From a virus: DNA of 20,865 bases. How positions within the stretch are numbered: the stretch's first letter is position 1; each line of letters starts with the position of its first letter. Location: the IMG/VR virus record IMGVR_UViG_3300038556_000043, positions 83,736 through 104,600 of that record; one strand, given 5' to 3'. Made by a program: the position numbers and the translations under genes. Positions 16,741-20,865 of this stretch are shown here, piece by piece. Below the pieces are notes generated by a model that was not told where the DNA came from, ran no database searches, and worked only from the letters and a program-made list of their open reading frames with translations.

Positions 16741-17613
16741 TTATTGCACAATCTTTATGTCTTTTACAATCTTACGGCTGTCGCATACGTTTTTAATGGG
16801 ACAATCCTTGCACTCGTAATACGAAGGGTCTTTGGGCCACTTCTTTTGATGCAGGTCAATCATCTTGTTGTAGCCATCAATGATAGACCGTTCGACTTCG
16901 CGAAACTTGGATTGTTCCCATTTGACTTGAATGATGGTATAATCCGATTTTGGGCCCCACTCAAACACAAAGTAGTAGAAATCCGGAATGTACCCATGCG
17001 AATTGTAATCCTTGTTACGGATAAACAGCCACATGTACAAATAGGCTTGCGTGTGATCCATTGTCGAAGGCGACCGCCAAGCCTGCAGCGCGTATTCATT
17101 GTCAATATCTGCGGTGGCCTTGAAGTCAATCACACATAGCTTCCCGTCCCTGAATGCAAGTCTGTCCAGCCGGCCGCGAACAAAAATGGGGTGCGGCAGT
17201 TCGTCGCATTTGAACTCGGTAGTTAATTCCACGTCATCCAGGTATGTTTCAAAATTGTAGTATGGCAAAACCGTACTATTCAGGAAATGAGCCTGCTGCT
17301 TTAGACGCTGGTAGTCTACGGGCATTTCCCCTCCTTTCTTTGTCGGGATATGCGGCTTTTTGCCTCCTACTCCGGTAGATTCGTTGATAAAATACTCAAA
17401 ACAAACCCCTTTGTGCAAGGCAGTCCCTTCCTCGGCATCGGTACGCTTTCCTAATATATAGGATTCGTATAGCCTTCTGGGACAAAAGGTTTCTTTTCCC
17501 AGGTCTTTCAACAGCGATTGGCTGATTTGGATAGGGGTATTTTCCAGGTCTTGCAAACCCCTGTCGGGAAGCTGCCCGAGCGAGGTTAGATCAAAATTGT
17601 TCGAAAAGATCAT
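16741..17613 (-). CDS. PD-(D/E)XK exonuclease with Fe-S staple (AddB/Cas4-like)
   Basis: ATG 17613 preferred; ISQS, CPRR, RGRLD, VIDFKAT, QAYLY and C-terminal CKDCPIKNVC. Confidence 0.85.
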   Translation of the reverse strand: MIFSNNFDLTSLGQLPDRGLQDLENTPIQISQSLLKDLGKETFCPRRLYESYILGKRTDAEEGTALHKGVCFEYFINESTGVGGKKPHIPTKKGGEMPVDYQRLKQQAHFLNSTVLPYYNFETYLDDVELTTEFKCDELPHPIFVRGRLDRLAFRDGKLCVIDFKATADIDNEYALQAWRSPSTMDHTQAYLYMWLFIRNKDYNSHGYIPDFYYFVFEWGPKSDYTIIQVKWEQSKFREVERSIIDGYNKMIDLHQKKWPKDPSYYECKDCPIKNVCDSRKIVKDIKIVQ

Positions 17614-17881
17614 GGATTTTTGAAGTTGGTATAAAACAAATTTGTTTTGATTCTGGCAAAACAATCTCAACCAGGTCATTGTAAACTGCCATTACAAAAC
17701 CTTCACGCTTCTCTTCGCCAGTTTTCTTTGTAACAAACCCTTCCTTTGTAAACAAATCATAGTCAAATTCTACCAGCACTCCGCATAAGGGGTGGCTGGT
17801 GTCTTTCTTCCGGTACTCGTCTTCGGTGTAGGTACTGGTAAGTTCTTCTTCGTTGGTCTTTGATTGTTTTGCCGCTTTCAT
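17591..17881 (-). CDS. Hypothetical protein
   Basis: 96 aa, TAATG-coupled to the helicase stop. Confidence 0.65.
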   Translation of the reverse strand: MKAAKQSKTNEEELTSTYTEDEYRKKDTSHPLCGVLVEFDYDLFTKEGFVTKKTGEEKREGFVMAVYNDLVEIVLPESKQICFIPTSKIHDLFEQF

Positions 17882-19278
17882 TAATAATCAAATTCAGGTA
17901 ATTGGTTTTGCTCGCTTGCTTGCTCTGCCATCAGAACGGGGTTGGTGTCGTAGGTCTTTTGTATTACGTCACGGAATGATCCGTACTTTCCGGTCCATAC
18001 CAGAGGTATGAATATTTCCGGCTCCCCTTCCCTGTTCTTTTGTACAAAGAGCTCTACCACTTCCGATTCAGTTTTGTAATTCTCCCCTGGCCTTACCTTG
18101 TTTTTCTTCCAGATAGCCATGGTTATGTCAGCATCCATGTACAAATCACCAGGATATTTGATATCCTTGCGAAGATCCGGAGGAATGGCCTTGCCTTGCG
18201 AATCTTCGGTTTCGGAAGTTTTGGGATTTAACTGGCACAGAAGGATGGAAACGGCTTTGTACTGCTCCTTTTTAAAGATCAGTACCTTGGAAACCGCATT
18301 GACTGCCTTTTGGACATCATTGCCGGGTTTGATCAGCAAATGGTGATCGGCAACGATTACAATTTGCTTTCCACGGTTTTTTGCGGCAAACAAGTCGATG
18401 ACCAATGACATTTCTTCGGCATCCGTTGGGCCGTAATGAATATGAATCCTGTCATCCATCGAAGCGATCAGCTGCAAAGATTCCTCGATGGTTTGCATTT
18501 CCACTTCGGTAATCTTTATTTCGCTTTTGCCTCTGAGTCGATCCTTAACCGTTTCGGAAAGATTGGAAACAAAGTTTTCGATCAGCTTTTCCTCGGTAAT
18601 CTCCATTGAGAAATACAAAAGGACCGTATCGGGATTGTTCAAAAGGATGTTGATCGCTATCTGGTTGGCCAGCGCGCTCTTGCCATCACCGGAGAAAGCC
18701 GCAATAAGCGAATGCGTACCGGGAATAAAGCCAATGTCATTGTCAATCGTTTTCAGACCGGTTCGGATGATTTTCGGCCCCTCGATCTGAGCTTGCTTGA
18801 TCTTTTCCCGAACAATGTCCACTACTTCTTTTACAGACTTGCTTTCGGCAACCTGCTCAAGATTGGCAGTACTCTTGTTGACATATTGAATAATCGAATC
18901 AGAGGTTGCGTTACCCGCCAGCAGTTCGGAGCCTTTTCGGAATAGATTACCAAGTTCCCGCTTATAAGATAGGTCATTAAGGTAAGGCAGGTGTTCCTCA
19001 GCAGACAGTTTTGATTCAGGTAAGCCGTGAATTGATTCAATAATCTGGTCTTTATTGACTGCGTTGTAATTAACACGTATATAATCCTGTATAGTATTAG
19101 GCGTAATAACAAATGCTTTTGCATACATTTCCTTGATTATGGCAAACGTTTGTTTGTTTACCTCGTGATCGAATAGGTTATACTTTATTCTGGGTATGAA
19201 ATACTGGTCCTCCCGATGAAAAAGGAGCCGTTTTAGCAGCTCCTTTTCCCTTTGGTGATCCTGAAACATTAAAGTCAT
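17881..19278 (-). CDS. dnaB: Replicative DNA helicase, DnaB family
   Basis: N-terminal DnaB-like helical domain; Walker A AAFSGDGKS, FSME, IVADH, LCQLN, DADI, KNREG. Confidence 0.9.
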   Translation of the reverse strand: MTLMFQDHQREKELLKRLLFHREDQYFIPRIKYNLFDHEVNKQTFAIIKEMYAKAFVITPNTIQDYIRVNYNAVNKDQIIESIHGLPESKLSAEEHLPYLNDLSYKRELGNLFRKGSELLAGNATSDSIIQYVNKSTANLEQVAESKSVKEVVDIVREKIKQAQIEGPKIIRTGLKTIDNDIGFIPGTHSLIAAFSGDGKSALANQIAINILLNNPDTVLLYFSMEITEEKLIENFVSNLSETVKDRLRGKSEIKITEVEMQTIEESLQLIASMDDRIHIHYGPTDAEEMSLVIDLFAAKNRGKQIVIVADHHLLIKPGNDVQKAVNAVSKVLIFKKEQYKAVSILLCQLNPKTSETEDSQGKAIPPDLRKDIKYPGDLYMDADITMAIWKKNKVRPGENYKTESEVVELFVQKNREGEPEIFIPLVWTGKYGSFRDVIQKTYDTNPVLMAEQASEQNQLPEFDY

Positions 19279-19284
19279 AGCGGA

Positions 19285-19593
19285 TTATATTTGTTGGCGG
19301 TTGCGTCGTTTTAGTATCAATTCTGGTGGTGTCATTTCGGATACGAAAGTCATATCCCAAAACTCGTCCTGTACCAGTGTACTTATCTTGCACCGCTTTG
19401 TTCCATGTGTTCCCGCTGCTGCTTTGCACTTGGCAGAAATCTTCTCTTTGTTTGAAAAGAAAGGATTCCTGTTTCTGATCTCGTCCGAAATTTTCATGAT
19501 GGCACCCGCCTTCTCAGCTGGTGTATCCGGCCACATAGGACCATACTCTTTTTTGATAAAAGCGTAGGCTTCTTCTGCTGTTAATTTGTCCAT
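19285..19593 (-). CDS. Hypothetical protein between primase and helicase
   Basis: ATG 19593 preferred over TTG 19626; fills the gap in the replication operon. Confidence 0.6.
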   Translation of the reverse strand: MDKLTAEEAYAFIKKEYGPMWPDTPAEKAGAIMKISDEIRNRNPFFSNKEKISAKCKAAAGTHGTKRCKISTLVQDEFWDMTFVSEMTPPELILKRRNRQQI

Positions 19594-19618
19594 AACACTA
19601 ATATTTGGGATTTTTGTT

Positions 19619-19639
19619 AATATCAATCAATATTCTTAT
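19619..19639 (-). promoter_or_regulatory. 21-bp repeated motif, copy ATAAGAATATTGATTGATATT
   Basis: One mismatch to copy 1; overlaps the primase 3' end. Confidence 0.55.
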
Positions 19640-20648
19640 TGATCAGATCAAAATAGAATTGACGCAAACGGCTTACTGCAGTAGGGTTGGTGTGATACTT
19701 TTTCACCACTCCTGCAAAATCTTTTACGTTTGCGTCAATTTTATTGGTTGACAATATCGGTTGCGAAGCATCGATAATGTCGGGGTACTCCAATTGTAAT
19801 TTTCTGGTTTTTTCGATGCCGGTTTTGTCCGCGTCATACACCACATAAATCGCTTTTGCTTTCGACTTCAAAACCTCGTAAATGTAAGGGCTGATCGTTA
19901 CGCTTTCCGAAGGCATTGCTACGCACAAATCAAATCCGAGAAGGCTTGCCATGCAAACCGTATCCTTGTTACCGGCCATGATGAAAACTGCCGGCAAATC
20001 GTCTGCCAGCAGTTCCAAGCCAAACACATCTTCAATCCGGATATTGGACCGCCATTTGTTTGCCTTGTTAAATGTCAATGGCCGGTATACCTTACATCGT
20101 CCGGATGGAAACTCAATGATGTAAATAGGATCTGATGGAATCTCGTGCATCTGATATGTGCGCTCCCCTTTTTGTATTGTAACAGTGTGCACCGGGAAAA
20201 CTCCGTACTTTTCCAGTAGTTCAACCTGTACAAGATAGGGGTTCCAGAAAAGGTTGTCTGCATTGGTCCAATGTCTTTTTTTGTAAGTAATGATTGCGTT
20301 TTGGATTGCAAATGTCCGTTGTCTGGGCAGTTCAACCCTGGGAAAGTCGTCAAGGTTTGTCGCGCTTCCAACTTCCGCTTTTATAAGGTCCCTGGCCTCT
20401 ATATAGCTAGATAGCTTAAATAGAATCCTTACGAAGTCTACCGCGTCTCCAAAAGTATCGGTAACGTGATCCTTGAAATACACGTGATAGCTTTTCTCGT
20501 TTATATAGAGGTTGAAACTTCCGGAATTTGAATCATGGCGAAATGGGGAATTAACGTGCTGGCCAATCTTTAGGCTTCTGCCCAGGTAATGGTCAAATAT
20601 CGTTTTCCCCATTTCGTAATTTTTTAAAAAACTATCGTTTCCTGCCAT
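19623..20648 (-). CDS. DNA primase (TOPRIM), Bacteroidota-phage type
   Basis: N-terminal SPFRHD..GSF..YFKDH...GDAVDFV (CHC2-like fold); KVYRP; TOPRIM YDADKTG and KDFA; adjacent to DnaB. Confidence 0.82.
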   Translation of the reverse strand: MAGNDSFLKNYEMGKTIFDHYLGRSLKIGQHVNSPFRHDSNSGSFNLYINEKSYHVYFKDHVTDTFGDAVDFVRILFKLSSYIEARDLIKAEVGSATNLDDFPRVELPRQRTFAIQNAIITYKKRHWTNADNLFWNPYLVQVELLEKYGVFPVHTVTIQKGERTYQMHEIPSDPIYIIEFPSGRCKVYRPLTFNKANKWRSNIRIEDVFGLELLADDLPAVFIMAGNKDTVCMASLLGFDLCVAMPSESVTISPYIYEVLKSKAKAIYVVYDADKTGIEKTRKLQLEYPDIIDASQPILSTNKIDANVKDFAGVVKKYHTNPTAVSRLRQFYFDLINKNID

Positions 20649-20865
20649 TCTCTATCTTGTGGATTGTACTGTTCATTTCGTTTCTGAGCGACATTAAGTT
20701 TGCCAGATTTTTTGCGAGTGTTCTTCTTTGTTCTTCGGTTAGATTTAATTCGTTTAGTGTTTTTAAGTGAGTAGAAACGTCGCCACAGACGTCTTTGAAC
20801 AAATCCTTGTATTCTTTTTCAATACTGATTTCTTCTTTTCTTACACTTGCAGTTTCGCTAGTCAT
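20632..20865 (-). CDS. Small coiled-coil hypothetical protein (start at window edge)
   Basis: 77 aa, overlaps the primase start; may extend beyond the window. Confidence 0.6.
   Translation of the reverse strand: MTSETASVRKEEISIEKEYKDLFKDVCGDVSTHLKTLNELNLTEEQRRTLAKNLANLMSLRNEMNSTIHKIENGRKR

Noticed and set aside
16611-19613. Shared 10-mer AAATCCCAAA in two minus-strand leaders (16611-16620, 19604-19613)
   Set aside because: Only two short copies; insufficient support, though worth including in a motif search.
1-20865. Genome-wide TAG recoding as in some crAss-like phages
   Set aside because: Only one internal TAG found; long genes are uninterrupted and TAG serves as a plausible stop at 8566, 10124 and 20632.
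1-20865. tRNA, rRNA, CRISPR array, intron, intein or IS element
   Set aside because: Intergenic spaces are short and no such signatures were seen.

Overview
This window is a segment of a tailed dsDNA phage genome, most likely infecting a Bacteroidota host (AT-rich leaders without Shine-Dalgarno sites, Bacteroidota-style gene content). Two convergent arms meet at a bidirectional intrinsic terminator (~10459-10492). The + arm (1-10434) is late/structural: a modular tail-fibre protein, a paralogous stand-alone beta-helix tip protein, an FN3 + beta-helix adhesin/depolymerase, and a large lysis cassette (CHAP endolysin, several membrane proteins, an overlapping spanin-like pair). The - arm (20865-10521) covers replication and nucleotide metabolism: primase, DnaB helicase, Fe-S PD-(D/E)XK nuclease, Rha/ANT regulator, an apparently inactivated DEDDh exonuclease, thyA, a YopX-like fragment, ASCH, MazG-like pyrophosphatase, an orphan HigA-like protein and a DUF3310 fusion. 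The main unexplained signals are a 21-bp motif (ATAAGAAAATTGATTGATATT) repeated in sense orientation at gene boundaries on both arms, two copies of which precede RNA hairpins; an ASCH gene interrupted by one amber codon at a conserved Trp; and a YopX domain apparently split between two genes about 3 kb apart. All family assignments come from recognising motifs by eye, not from database searches.
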